A stretch of 64,000 nucleotides of DNA from Cladosporium halotolerans (lineage: Eukaryota): assembly GCF_011745625.1 (NCBI RefSeq), contig NW_027191460.1, positions 62,001 to 126,000 on the forward strand, written 5' to 3'. The position numbers were made by a program, and so were the translations under genes. The notes under the pieces are model-generated. The model was not told the DNA's origin. It saw only the letters and a program-made list of their open reading frames with translations, and made no database searches. Numbering within the stretch: position 1 is the first letter of the stretch; every line of letters begins with the position of its first letter. This document shows positions 11,364-23,369 of the stretch, in pieces.

Positions 11364-11789
11364 GTTGTCGCGTTGTTGTTGATTGTTGATGGTTGTTGTT
11401 GTTGGTTGCTGGTTGCTATTGCTGATGTTGCTGATAGTTGCTGGTGTGTATGAAGAGAGGAAGAAGAAGAAGGAAACAGGAGGGGGGAAACGAGGTACTT
11501 ATACTCCTCCCAACGCCCTCAGAGCGATGAGTGTGATTGTGCGAAACCTGCTCACGTTAAGAGTCGTGAGCGGTTCGTGAGCGGGTCGACACTGGCGAGC
11601 ATCCAGTCGCGTCGAGCGCAGTGGAAAGGGCGCGACTTCAGGAAGTTGGAATGTTTCTTATTAACGTTACTCATTGTTGAGGGCAAGCGACGATGAGGCT
11701 TTGTCACGATTGTGGTGAGTCGCACTCCGACGCGTCGAATGGCGCGCAAGCATACTTAGGTGGTCAGGTGTCCAAGTGAACATATGCGC

Positions 11790-12090
11790 GCTGACATAAG
11801 CACTGACTAAGCCCCAACTTCTCTCAACCACCCCACCGAGCCCATCAGTCCATCGGGTGAGTCATGCGCCCAGGGCCAGGACATGATCGAGTCGTTAACC
11901 GCTGAATCATCGAAGAACTACTGGGCTGCAGCCGTTCAAGTGGAAGTGTGAGGCTGACATAAGCACTGACTAAGCCGCAACTCTCCTCCGCGAAGGGCCA
12001 CTTGGACGGGGCGGATTCCACCAGTCCTGTGTGAGTCTCCCGTCAGGGCTCGAGCGTGATAGGGTCATCAAGGGCTGAATCATCGAAAGA
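11790..12090. repeat. About 165-bp diverged tandem duplication with invariant bZIP-like motif islands
   Basis: gctgacataagcactgactaagcc is identical at 11790 and 11953. gctgaatcatcgaa is identical at 11901 and 12074. The intervening sequence aligns with many substitutions. Confidence 0.85.
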
Positions 12091-14565
12091 CCACAGAGGT
12101 GTGGACCAACCGTCGTCTGGCGTAGACAAGTGAGTAAGTGAGGTCAGACGCGCGCGAATCCTCGCGAGCGCGCCGGCCTCAGGCCTCAGCCGGCTTCGCC
12201 CTCGAATTGCCCCACATTTTCCAATGCTGCTTGGTTGACGAAGCGATCCGCCTGGCACTCATACTTCTCGAGGACCATCAGGCCGCGATTCTTTGCTTGC
12301 CCCATAATTCAGTAACTAGCTACCCGTATGGATACGTGCCCATGTAGGTGTGTTGATTCGCTACGGGTAATCTTCTAAGGCGCAAAGGACGAGCCTCAAC
12401 ATTCACGTGCCCACTCTACCATAGATGTCCCAAAGATCCTCCACCCATTTCGAAAGGTTGCTTACATACAATTTTCGGCCTGTCAGTATAACGGATGTAT
12501 CTGACTGTCGACAACGCCACAGGTTGTTCGAAACCACTCATCACATTGAGGCTCTTTAATGTATTCCACCTGTTGCTGGGCCACCTAGCAGTCCCGACGT
12601 CGATGGATAGCAATAATTGACGGTCTCTCTCTCTCCTCTCCAACAAGGTCACTACCCTACCGCATCGACAAAAACATCGAATACTTGACATCCCTACTGC
12701 GCCAAACATCCCACCGGCAAGATGTCTGACCGTCATAATCAAGAAAAAGAAAAACCAAAAGCTCAACCTTACGAGGTCCCCTAAAGTCACATTTCCTTCA
12801 TTTGTCATCGCAACTCTTCTAGTCTTGCACGTCATTATTGTGAACATCTTAGTCTCGCATCAAGCGACAGACAGCAGGTGTCAGAGTACTGATCTGATTT
12901 GGTCCGAGCTGGATTTTCTTCCATCCCTACAATCCTCTCGTTGGCCAACCAGCGACGACTTCCAGTGGAGCATCCTATTGTCGCCAGAACACGTCCCGTA
13001 TGACCATCGGAGGCTCCTCAAGCCCGTAGATGTGTGACACGAAGATCAAGAGCACTACGGATCTGCAGGGGTGGAGCGACAGCTACCAGCTCATGGCAGA
13101 ACAGGCTCATTCCATCCTGTATATGTATATAGCACACACTCTGGCCAGGCCAGACAGTTGCCGAAGAGGCACGGAAGTCACCACGCCAAAGACACTCTGC
13201 ACTTGAACCACCAAGGAGTGATCACCCTCCTCCGCCTGCCTGCCTCGCATAGGCTCACGCACCCGTTGAAGAAAATCAAGCACTGTATGATTTCTGTCCG
13301 ACTCTTTCCCGAGACATAGCAGCTGATCAATGGCATTGACCCTTGCTCGCGTTGGTGTTTTACGACAGTGACGATGGAGACCAAATATTGAACGGTCGTG
13401 GGCCAAGGTAACGATGGCCGTACGCAATCGAGATGCGATAGCAAAACGACATCTATTCTGATGACGCTACCCGATGAAGGCTCGAAAGGGTCAGCGCTGT
13501 TGTGACAAAAGAACGTCCAAGTGAGGACAAATCAGCATTTTGATTCGGCTGAACATGAGCGACCCTTCCATCCAACGCACTCTTCGTCAAAAATTCACGT
13601 GCCGATTGTGTGGGACTGTCATGCATCGCAAGCTCACGTTGCAGCGCTTGCGCAGCCGAAGCGCAAGTTTAGAAGCAGAATTCTAAAGAGACACCGGCTT
13701 TATGATTCTGAAACGACGATTGGGTGCTTCGGGCTTGCCGAGCCGGACGTTGGCCCGCGCTTGCTGTTCAGCGCACCATCGCACCTGCTCGCTGTGTGCA
13801 ACACGAACGTTCAAGCAAACGCGAAGCTGCGACATTCATTCTTTCTCAATCCTCTCGCACCTTTGAGCATACAACGCGAGTGACGTGCGACACTTTTAGC
13901 ATGGCTTGAGCAGTGTTGGAGTCTTGTGGATGATGCGGCCCTCACACAGGGCTTGGACCTCATTCCGAAGCGTGTGACTTTTTGTGTGGATCGTGAATCG
14001 CGGCACAGACACGGCAAGCACCGGCAACCTGAATCGAAAGCAAGCTGTAAAATACGATACGGGTGAAGGCGAGATCCTCCGCCTTCAAATCAGCCTAGAA
14101 TATCAAGACTTCACTCTCAGTGGTCCAGAAGGCAAGCAGATCAGTAGTCTTGGAGGATGCCGGATTGCTGCGTGTCTCAAGAGATCCTAATCCAAAGTCT
14201 ATTGCGGAGCTTTTCAGCTACATGACAAGTACTGATTTCGGACCTATCCCGCGGCGCGCCTAATTTATGCTTCAAGAGCATACCACCTAAGCTTCGAGTC
14301 TCCACCAACCCAGAGTGTAGCTTGCAAAAGCTTCCGTACTTGGTGCACTCGGAGTCTTCAGCGGATGATGGTTGAAGATGCAAGAGTATAAAGCATCCCT
14401 CTAAAAGTCTCCATTGCCCTCGACTACCCTCGTTTGTAACGTAGCAGTCATCTCCAGTCCTTTAGACTATCGCGCGCACTCTTAGATCACAGAACACTAC
14501 TCAGCGCTACTATCATCACACATCATCAATCATTCGATCGCCCTGCCACAGAGCGTAGCGTAACG

Positions 14566-14980
14566 ATGCTCCTCCGCACCGCTCTCATCGCAGTGCTGGC
14601 TGTCAACAACGCGCTTGCTCTGCCAGCAGCAACGACCTACGATCCCGAGTACCTGACACCCAGGACTTGGAGCAAAGTGGCGGAAATGCTGCCGACCTTC
14701 AAACGAGAGAAGGACTTCGACAGCTACGGACGATACACAGTATTCACTTTCAAGCCTGGCGACCCGTGGTTGTCGAAGGCCAACAGCGGCGACCCCAAGA
14801 TGAAAGGCCAATTCCTTGACGTCGGTAATGTATGTTCGATCCTTCCATTCCCTTGCTACTTCAATATGAGGCTGCTCCCGTCTAACATGGTCGCAGCCCG
14901 GTTTCGAGGGCGGCCCTTACCATCCTTACCACGGTAATGGGGACATGCATATTCCTGACAAGCTCAAACTCCGGCTTTGA
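14566..14980 (+). CDS. Small secreted protein (115 aa), candidate effector or peptide precursor
   Basis: Signal peptide MLLRTALIAVLAVNNALA-LP and a KR site. Intron 14830-14896 (GTATGT, CTAAC, CAG). Exon 2 reads PGFEGGPYHPYHGNGDMHIPDKLKLRL*. TATAAA lies near 14388. Confidence 0.75.
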
Positions 14981-15680
14981 ATGCTGTTGCATGTCGTGAT
15001 CGACTATTATGTGCGGAATACACTGCGTTGTTCGCGTTGATGCCGGCGTCCGGCCTCTTCGGCAACTTGGAAGGAATATTCATAAGCGGGTTCGTATACC
15101 CATAGATTTTTTTAGTGCAACGCGTGATCTCCAATTTGCTGAGAACTGGAAGAACGCTCGCTACTTAGAGCAGTGCTGACGATATATCGATTGTATCGGT
15201 GAAGTACAAACTTGAAAATTGCAACAAACCAAATCGCACGTAATTGACAGACGCTCATTCATTTAGCAGAGAATGTCTCAATGGCATCTTAAGTGCAATG
15301 CAGTCGATGCAGTTGGCCGCACCTATCATGCGTGCGCACCAATCAGAGCACGCTTGATTCGCCTGCGAAAGTGCAAGTTGATCAATCGATTTTTCGCCGA
15401 GTAATTGAGTTGGGCCCAAGTTGCATTTAGGTTCCGAGATGGTTCAGCATGTTGTGGACGCGAGTGAGTTACATAAACGCCGGCAGATCAGTCCTTCACA
15501 CCACTACTGCACAATTCGTCTCGCACAGAAGTCGTATCTTTGTCCGATCGATGAACATCAATCGCAGCTTGACTGCCTAGACATTGGTGCACCACTCAAC
15601 TTCGAAGTCAGTATATCAAAAATTGAACGAACTCGAACGAACACAACCGACGTACACCTCGCAGCACTCTTGCCGTCGCA

Positions 15681-16214
15681 ATGCACCTCCCAACCATCCT
15701 CACCTCCCTCCTCGCCAGCGGCCCTGCGCTCGCCCTACCACTGATCAACGACCTTCCACCTCAAGAAATAGCCTCTCCCGACATCCCCATCTCCGCCCTC
15801 CTCCTCGCTCCCCCACCCGCAACCGCAATCGAAGCAAACCTCCTCAACGCCACCCCCACAATCCCCCAACCGACCAGGCCTCTCGCGCAAGGCGCCCTCT
15901 GCCACATGCCGCCGCTCGCCCGCGACGTCGCGCTCCCCTCAACAACGACATGGAACTTCGGCTATGCGCACAAGAACACGGTTGTCGAGGTGCCGGCGGG
16001 CGTGCAGACGCAGGGTCCCTGCGAGCCGCGGCGCAGGACCGATAGGTGGTACGATTCGAGCTGGATCGTGCCGAAGGACCACCCGCGGCATGAGGAGGGG
16101 GATTGGGATGAGAGCGTGCGTGAGGAGGGGACGGGGGACGACGGCGAGGCGGGAGTCGAGTGGTGGCGGGTTCTTAATGAGGCTTCGCTTGAGAGTACTG
16201 CGGGGCGGGAGTGA
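15681..16214 (+). CDS. Small secreted Pro-rich/acidic protein (177 aa), unknown function
   Basis: Signal peptide MHLPTILTSLLASGPALA-LP; single ORF with coding-like codon usage. Confidence 0.7.
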   Translation: MHLPTILTSLLASGPALALPLINDLPPQEIASPDIPISALLLAPPPATAIEANLLNATPTIPQPTRPLAQGALCHMPPLARDVALPSTTTWNFGYAHKNTVVEVPAGVQTQGPCEPRRRTDRWYDSSWIVPKDHPRHEEGDWDESVREEGTGDDGEAGVEWWRVLNEASLESTAGRE

Positions 16215-16508
16215 AGGTGTCTTTATGGGGATTGACGTGGCGGCCGACGGGGTTTGGTGGTGGTTGGTGGGCGCGGATGTACTCTTGAGGATGGGTGCAT
16301 GGGTGGTTTCGGTGGGCACAATGACAGAACGTGAGAAATTGGAAGCGAGAGGCGGATGTGGAAGCGGATATGCTAGTAGTCACGAGCTCGAGGCTGAGAT
16401 ACAATTTGCGATATTTAGCTGTCCCACAGGCAGCACGAGGAAAAAATTGATTGGCTCTGTCTATTATTTCAGACGCTTGCATATACGTGAAGTCGACTGA
16501 GTCTATTC

Positions 16509-17766
16509 CTAGATCTTGCCGACACCAGCGCCGCTCTTGATGCTCTGCGCAGAAGCCGCCTCCGCAGTAGCAACATCCTTGCCAGCAAAGTTGGACATGA
16601 AGCTAGTGTCGCTGGTACCCGTGAAATCGCCAGAGCTGGAAAGAGTGTTGACCTCACAGGCACGGCCGAGAGACTGCTGGCAGGTAGAAGCAGCGCTCGC
16701 ATCGTTGATCGTGAGGATGCTGCCACCGGCCGAAGCGTCCTCGATCGGAGCCTTGACGCTGGAGAACGCGTTGCCCTCGGCGAGGATCTGGGCGCCGGAG
16801 GAGATCTCGAAGGCGTGGCCGCTGTTGTCCTCCCAGTAGTTGTTCACGGCGTGCAGCAGGGTGTTACCGGCGACCTTGGGAGCGCGGCCGGAAGTGCCGT
16901 GGATGTAGTTGCCCTTGAACGTGATAGTATCTTGCGATCCGGTGAAGTAGAGCGCCCAGTAGTGATGGTTGTCGCAGGTGGCGGACCAGTCGGTGGTCCC
17001 GTCGATCTCGCTGTTGGAGATGGTTACGCGGCCGGATGCAGCCTCGCCCAGGACGATGTGCTGGCGGCCGATCATGGAGGTCTATGAAGATCGTTAGTAG
17101 GCGAAGTACATAAAATTGAACGGACACTGATTGAGCGTACCTTGACGTGATCGATCCAGATCAAGTCAGTGCCTGCCAGAGTGATGGCATCACCGCCCCA
17201 GACATACTGCGGGTTGAGCTCGGTGATGTGGATGTTCTGGATGATAACGTTGCTGGCTCCATTAGTGAGGTACAGGCCTTTGCCCTTGATCACACCCTCC
17301 GAGCCAGATCCAATGATCGTCTTATCCGATCCCACGACAATAGGGTCCAGACCAGCTTCGTCGTAAGTGACCGAAGTGGCAGGGGCACTAGATTGGTAGT
17401 TGCCGCACCAGTCGTCCTTGTTGATGGCAGTCTGGCAGCCAGAGCCGGTCCCCCACGGAGCACAACCAGAGCCAGAAGTGGTGGAGCCGGTGAAATCGAA
17501 CGTCTTGCTCAGCAAGATGACGCGAGGGCTTGAGTCTCCAAGGTAAGAGACCAGCTCTTCGTTGGTGGAAGGAGTGACGACTGCAGCGGACTGTTTCGGT
17601 TAGCTGCGTGCTACATATATGGACCACTGTGAATAGCGGATAATCAAGTACTCACCCCGCCGCCAGTGACGCCCTTTGCAAATCCTTCAGCAGCACCGGA
17701 AACACTCTGAGCAGCAGCGCTGGCGATGAATGCCGCAAGTGCAGCCGCGGTAGTGGAGCACTTCAT
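16509..17766 (-). CDS. Secreted pectin lyase (polysaccharide lyase family 1)
   Basis: Signal peptide followed by [53 protein letters not shown], the WIDH motif, IGRQ and SGRAPKV. Introns near 17590-17655 and 17084-17140. Confidence 0.95.
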
Positions 17767-18910
17767 CCTGTCAATCTGATCCTTTGGTGTCCTGTAGCTC
17801 CGGCGGATGGCTTAGGGTCGAGTTGAAGGCAGATAGGGCTCGCATTTTGGCTTTATATAAGAAATCATTGACCTCCTGAAACAGGATAGAGTGGTCTGCG
17901 ATAGTAGTCGCTCGAGTAGACGCATCGCGAGTAGCGAGCTGGTTGTGAGACTGCCAAGGTGTCCGTCAAGCGCCAGAGCGTTGATGGAAAGTGGAGCTTG
18001 ACCAGGCTTAGTCGCCGGATTCTGCCAAAAGCCCGCCAGATGATTGGAAAACAGTCTAGCGAGATAGATGGCCAGAAGCCAAGCCTTTCCCAGTGTTTGA
18101 TCTTTATGGGGAGCCTTCAGTGTGATGAGCCGGCTATTCCTCGCTCAACAGCCAGGCGATGAAACTCGGGCCTGGAAACTCTTGGTCAAAGTTCAGTCGC
18201 CGCGCTTTAGCTTCTCCAGGCACGTGTCAGAGCTCGTGTGCGGACCTAATGGTCTCCCTGTGCGATAGTAGGTGCATACAAGATATAGGCGGACACCGCC
18301 CTGGCGGAGTTGCAAGTTGATAAGCACCGGCTTCACGCCAAGCAGCGGGTTTCTGCGGCAAGATACTGTCGCACATCAGAATGAGCAGTCTGCTACAACA
18401 ATGGTGAAGCATCGGTCCTTCTTGTCAGTGCAGTTTCCCCGCTTCTGGAGCTGCCATCAGGTTCTGGACGGATTTATTGTGCACAGAAACACATGGATGC
18501 GAAATTGAGCGCTGTATGGGAAATCCTGAGCAATGATTGGCCCGGCTTGATCCGCCGCTAGCTCCGGTCGGTCTTGTGAGGTGTCTGCGTGAACATGCGT
18601 CTCACCCACTCTCACCGGAGTTCTCTTGATCGCGAAAATAAGCCTGTCGTAGTTCTGCTCGATTAAGTGTCATACCTGACTGCCCTCCATCTGAACTCAA
18701 CCGCCGGCTTGCCTGCCACGAGAGTTAGCGCGACCTTACCCTAACATGCTTACCCAAACCGGTGATTCATGTGTTGGGCGCGACTACCTGTTCCGAGCTT
18801 GTCTCATGACTTATTATCAGTTCAGCTCTCTCGAAGCAATACAAGAGAGAATATCAAAACTGCACGATGAATGATGCCTAATGGTGGTGAGTTACACAGC
18901 TAGGATGCTG

Positions 18911-18944
18911 CCCTAACCCTAACCCTATATACCCTGACCCCTAA
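18911..18944 (-). repeat. Interstitial telomere-like repeat (about 3 CCCTAA units plus degenerate copies)
   Basis: ccctaaccctaaccctatataccctgacccctaa. Confidence 0.8.
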
Positions 18945-19870
18945 AGGCACCCCGAGAGACATATCATCTAGGTGTCCGTAGGGTAGTCAGGCAGTTTACG
19001 GACGATTCTCGAGCCTTTTCGGGGTACTATATGAGGAATCACAGTCTTTTTCTTCCCTTTCTGGTGGTAACAGGATGCAGATATGAGTAATGCCCCCAAG
19101 AGCGCACACATGCGACAGTGACCAACGACTGCTCATTGCCACACGCGATAAATGCCCATAATCATCTTGTAAGCCCAGTACAATCTGACGGTGTCGACCA
19201 TGACCTCAGCAATTGATCAATAACGATGGGACTTGTGAAATATATTGGGCTATATCGCAGCGCTACGCACAGTGACCGATGCGTCAAGTGCACGTCAACA
19301 GGCCACCTGCTGGATCCACCCTACCCTGAGCTTGTCGCATCTGCACCTCGACTTGCGGGCGACCTCACTTCATCCAAGACATTCTACGGTGTCTTCTGTC
19401 CACGACTTGACGCGTATCGAGGAGTGGGAACTTGAATGGCGCAGCCCCACGTTTCGCTTGACATTACCTGGACATCTCTGCAATCGCGTGTCGGATCGAA
19501 TGCTGTCAACATGTCTGCGCGCAGTGAAGTGAACAGCACCAATGGCATATTAACCACAGAGCACCACGACAGTAAGAGTTGTCGGGAGACCGGGAGGATG
19601 ATGTTCACCGCTGACAGGGTTTGAAAATACAATACACCACACTCGCACTGAGGAGTAGTAGATGATTAAATTTCCCGAGAACACGCCGGAGACCTTCCAC
19701 TACTCGTGGCTATACTGACTTTTCTGGTATATTACGTTACATGAGGTTAATCATCGCTGATAACTCAATCAGACGAAAGTAAGTAAGAGAGAAAAGATAC
19801 GAAAAGATGGTGGCAGTCCTGTCGAACATCCTGCAGACGCAATGTATGCTCGCTCGCTCGCTCTCTCTCT

Positions 19871-20563
19871 CTACAAAGCGAGGGCAGCGACGACCAAGCC
19901 GACAACACCGCCGGAGATGGTGATCATCTCGTTGCTGAGGCTGAGGGAGGCAGCGGCGCCGGTGGAGGACGCCGAGTCGGCGCTTGACGAAGCAGAGGAC
20001 TCAGAAGAATCTACGAAATTGTTAGCAACCGATTATTCGCATCGGCGCAACGCAAGCTCAAACATACCGGAAGAACCAGAGGAAGTGGAAGACGCGGTCT
20101 CCGAGCTGTCGGACGAGCCGGTGCCAGAAGAAGAAGAGTCGTCGGTGGCAGAAGCCGAGCTGCCAGAGCCAGTCGTGCTGCCGGCGTTGTCGTTGCTGCT
20201 CGGCGACGAGGAGCCAGTAGCGCCCGCGTTGGCAACGACACCGGTCACAGTGGCGCCGCTGGTGTAGTAGAAGTCACGCGCGCATGACGCGAGGCACTCG
20301 CCGTACTTCTTGGTGTCCTCGGGGCCGGAGTCGCCCTGCGTGCACTCGTTGGTGGAGCACTGCAGCGTCGCGTTGATTTGAGACTCGTTGGGGTAGGGCA
20401 CATTGACACACTGGGCCTGGCAGTTGACGTCGCCGGCGGCGCAGGCTGCGAGGCAGGTCGAGGTCGGGTCAGTGGCAGAGCTGGTGCCGGAGGCGCTGTT
20501 GGTGGTCTCGCTTTGGGCGGCGGCCAGGCCCAGGAGGGCGACGAAGGGGATGAAAGCGTGCAT
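19871..20563 (-). CDS. GPI-anchored Cys-domain, Ser/Thr-rich cell-surface protein
   Basis: Signal peptide MHAFIPFVALLGLAAA, an 8-Cys domain (CLAACAAGDVNCQAQC...), a Ser/Thr stalk, intron 20011-20067 and a C-terminal STGAAASL...GVVGLVVAALAL* GPI signal. Confidence 0.9.
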
Positions 20564-22126
20564 GTTGGATACAAAGTGTCTTGCTGGAAACGACTGTGAT
20601 GAAGTGTGGCGATTGATGGTCGAGCGGATAGAATTGGTGACTTCAAAGGCGTGCAACGAATGTCAGTCTGGGACGGAGAATGAGACCAAGCAAAATAATT
20701 TCTCGAGCGGCGGCGCGCGGCGGCATGCGCGTGTCCTTAAAATATCGCTAGCTTCTCCATGCGGCAAACCCCCAAACACCTCAAGGTTTCCCCCGCACGC
20801 CACCAGATGAGTGAAGCGTCACGTGTGAGGCCCGAAGAAGTCTAGACTGAGACACGGTGAGCAGCGCTAGGGCGGTTCCTGCAGGCGAAGGACACCCTCT
20901 CGTGTCGTGATTCGCCTGCGGCTGCAGGAATGCCATCGTGCCATGGTGCCGAATCTCATTCAGCAGCTTGCCCAGGCGCTCCAGGCGGGCCAGGAACCAG
21001 GGCAGTCATGCCAAAATACGAGGGAGGCAACTTTCTCCCGCTGCGTGTCAGACGTGGCCTGATGTATTTGGTACTCCCAATGGATCAAGGAGAGACCGAC
21101 GATATGTCTGCGACATGACATGTGCATGTGCTTCGTGCATGTATACTGCAAGATCATCGCCTGCAAAGTTGGTGGGCTCCATTCCACTTGGGCGGTTGGC
21201 GGGTTCGAAATTGACGCCGAAATTGTGATTGCTCCAGTATTCGCCTCGTCAGGAAGAGCACCAGCGGGCGAGTGATTGCATGTAATGCTAAGCGAACTAC
21301 CATCCCCTGGCACCATCACTTGCGCGGCATGCGGCATGACAGCGAGGCTGCAGGATGCATGGACGCGCAATGCTAAGGTATCCCTCAAAGGTAGGCTTTT
21401 AGCTATACAGGTAGCTGCCTTCAAGGTTATATAAGCTTACTTCGTACCAGAGTCCAGGAAGTGGCACGCAGCGAGAGCCTGTGCGTATGGTTGTGAGCAA
21501 GGGTCCAGTGGAAACAAGGTCCTGTGGAGACCGATGGACGAGAGCCGAGATATCTAGCTTGTTCATCGATCACCGCCTTCGGAAACCTTCTGTGAAACCC
21601 TCAGTTGACCGATTGACAGAGACAACCACGAAATGACCTGGGAAGATCGATAGCGCCGAGAAGACTGGTGTACCGATGGTGCCTTCAGGACATGTGCATT
21701 CTCGCTGAGTGAAATATTGAAGGAACAAACAAGGATAGCCATGCAATTTTGTTCGCGCAAAAACTGCCTTTTGGAGTAGTGACATTTGGCTTCTCGCTCT
21801 AAAAACACACAACAAGATTGTATCTGTACACAGGTATGGCTTTTCATGACGCCCTCCCATTCCGCACGTGAGGCAGCGCAAACGCCAGCAATGCTTTTCC
21901 ATCCGGGCAACATAGCCAAACACCTCCAATAATATAATGTTTGGACACATGAATACAGCTCCACCTCTTTCAATAATCATACACATCAGACTGCGCCGGC
22001 AGAGTCCATCTCTCGACCGAAATGTCGCCTTGCTAGATGGACGCTAGGAAGACCTGTCGACATCGGCGTGGCGTGAGAGAGGCTGTCGTCGATCTGATTC
22101 CGTTCGTGTCTTCATTAATGAGACGT

Positions 22127-22888
22127 TTACGAGTTCTTGACAACGCCGACCTTGGGCGCTCTCAGAACGCGGCCGTTGAGCTTGAAACCCTTGCTCTGGG
22201 TGAAGAAGACAGTGCCGTCCTCCTTGCCGGGCTGCGGCGCCATGAAGGTGGCCTCGTGCTCGTTCGGGTCGAACTTCTCGCTGTCGACGGAGGGGTCGAA
22301 CCTCTCCATGCCGTGCTTCTTGAGTGTCTGCATGAGGACGGTCTCGGTCATCTTAAGGCCATCGTGCAGGTTGACGAGGTCCTGGTTGCCAGACTGCAGC
22401 TTCTCGGCGGGAACGTTGGCAAGGGCGCGGTCAAGGTTGTCGACGCTGTCCATGAGGTCCTTGGCGAAACGCTGGATGGCGAAGTCCTTCGCGGCCTGCA
22501 CCTCGCGCTTCGTCTGGTTTTGCAGGTTGCGGAAGTCGGCGATGCTGTGCTTGAGCTTGTCCTGTATGATTGATTAGCGCGTTGTCGGCTGTGTGCGGCG
22601 GTGACTGTGTATGCATACGGTGGCCTCGAGCAGGTCCTTCTTCTTGGCCTCGAGCTCTGCTTTGACGGGGTCCTCCTCCTTCTTGGCCTCCTCCTTCTCT
22701 GCGCTGCCCTCCTCAGCCTTCTTGGCCTCAGCCTCGGGCGCATCCGAGTACATCCTCATGCCTGATATCCTTTGCGACATGGCGGGCGCATACTGCTGGG
22801 AGATGAAGGCGGAGCGCTGGATTCTGGCGGGAGCGGCAGACTGCTTGGCCGCAAACTGCAGGCTCTGGGCGAATCTTCTAGGGAACAT
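22127..22888 (-). CDS. MGE1: Mitochondrial GrpE nucleotide-exchange factor
   Basis: Arg/Ser-rich presequence, ADFRNLQ, FAIQRFAKDL, KFDPNEHEA and GFKLNGRVLRAPKVGVVK. One intron at about 22563-22618. Confidence 0.96.
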
Positions 22889-23369
22889 GATGGATTGTGC
22901 GATGATGGTGAGACGGGGCTCTCGGTATGGTAAATGGATGTGGATGGGTGTGGCACGCGACAGTGGTGGAAGTGGTGATAGTGATAGACTCCTTGCCACT
23001 AGCCAGCTGCTTCGGAGGCTCAACTTTTTGGCTCGGCGATGTTCGGGCTGGCGATGCGCTGCGAGCCCGGATCTGCTCCGCGCGCAGGCGGCGGGCGGAG
23101 GTGTCCTGGCTTGGCGCGCGACGCTGCTGGCTGAACTGAGCTTGCGGCGTCATGTTCAAGATCTCAAGTTCATCGACATCATCAGCGTTTCCACCAACGA
23201 TCCCTGTCTACCTTGCCACCTTCAACCACCGCACCACCAACACACTCCAATCTGAGAGTCACATCTTCGTCTTCAGCGCGCTCCAGCGCATCTTCACTCC
23301 TTCCGCCTTCGTTCCTCGTCGCTTCGCATTGGCAGCAAACGGCAGCGAAAGCTCCACGCCACCACCGCG

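Noticed and set aside
12400..14300. Possible degraded gene or transposon remnant
   Set aside because: Only short ORFs, with no recognisable transposase, reverse transcriptase or other motif in the frames I examined.
18675..18991. Telomerase RNA candidate (CCCTAA tract inside a 12-bp stem, 18675-18686 with 18980-18991)
   Set aside because: The tract is longer than the roughly 1.5-repeat template expected, no pseudoknot was identifiable, and such a stem is plausible by chance.
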